Positions 63,898 through 64,000 of a stretch of 64,000 nt of DNA are shown one piece after another. The notes beneath the pieces are model-generated. The model made no database searches and was not told the origin of the DNA. It saw only the letters and a list, made by a program, of their open reading frames with translations. The first letter of the stretch is position 1. Each line of letters begins with the position of its first letter. A program made the position numbers and the translations under genes. The DNA comes from an uncultured Eubacteriales bacterium. Its GTDB lineage: Bacteria > Bacillota > Clostridia > Oscillospirales > CAG-382. The stretch is taken from assembly GCA_934444645.1 (NCBI GenBank), contig CAKSCV010000009.1, positions 20,439 through 84,438 of the forward strand, in the 5' to 3' direction.

Positions 63898-64000
63898 AAC
63901 CAAAAAGCACGCGGGACTCCGTCCTGCGACCTCGATTCAAATCGCCGGTCGATACGTGATTTTTTCTGAAATGACCGGCGTTCATCAGGTAACCGGCTAA

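Noticed and set aside
63436-64000. ORFs 63436-63903(-), 63557-63778(-), 63692-64000(+) and 63785-63985(-) downstream of wzx
   Set aside because: They traverse the direct repeats and perfect hairpins and lack RBSs. The region is better explained as non-coding repeat DNA.
1-64000. Search for CRISPR arrays, tRNA/rRNA genes, transposases, integrases, phage genes and known defence systems
   Set aside because: I saw no regularly spaced repeats, no tRNA-like GGTTCGAATCC arms in the intergenic regions, and no ORF with recombinase, transposase or nuclease-helicase hallmarks.

Overview
The window looks like a chromosomal segment of a Gram-positive anaerobe, probably Clostridia; the taxon is inferred from gene content and RBS/promoter style. 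GC looks mid-50s% by eye. I support about 50 protein genes and found no rRNA, tRNA, CRISPR array, transposase or integrase. Identifications rest on motifs read from the translations and recalled family signatures; no database search was possible.

Housekeeping genes:
- asnA, queA, uvrB and brnQ.
- pyrR-pyrP behind an attenuator leader.
- nnr-lipoprotein-alr.
- potABCD.
- An OmpR/histidine-kinase pair.

Accessory modules:
1. An AraC / GH20-like / two-DMT-transporter module (1.7-5.9 kb) and an orphan GH116-like gene.
2. A cell-wall cassette downstream of alr: an ATP-grasp ligase, an aspartate racemase, and a Lys-type MurE fused in frame to a complete acetylglutamate-kinase domain.
3. A two-gene operon of giant secreted enzymes: a 1736-aa GH78 rhamnosidase and a 1350-aa protein with three esterase modules. 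AraC-uxaC lies next to it, and a cytoplasmic GH78-like paralogue lies farther away.
4. A lower-GC cassette, SDR - short glycyl-radical enzyme (Cys loop GCNE) - activase, with a divergent AraC regulator. I regard this as the best candidate for an undescribed enzyme system.
5. A Wzy/Wzx-type polysaccharide locus with two tandem co-polymerase-like proteins, ending in a pair of intergenic repeat/hairpin elements.

Many long antisense ORFs in the track are GC-driven shadows and were rejected.
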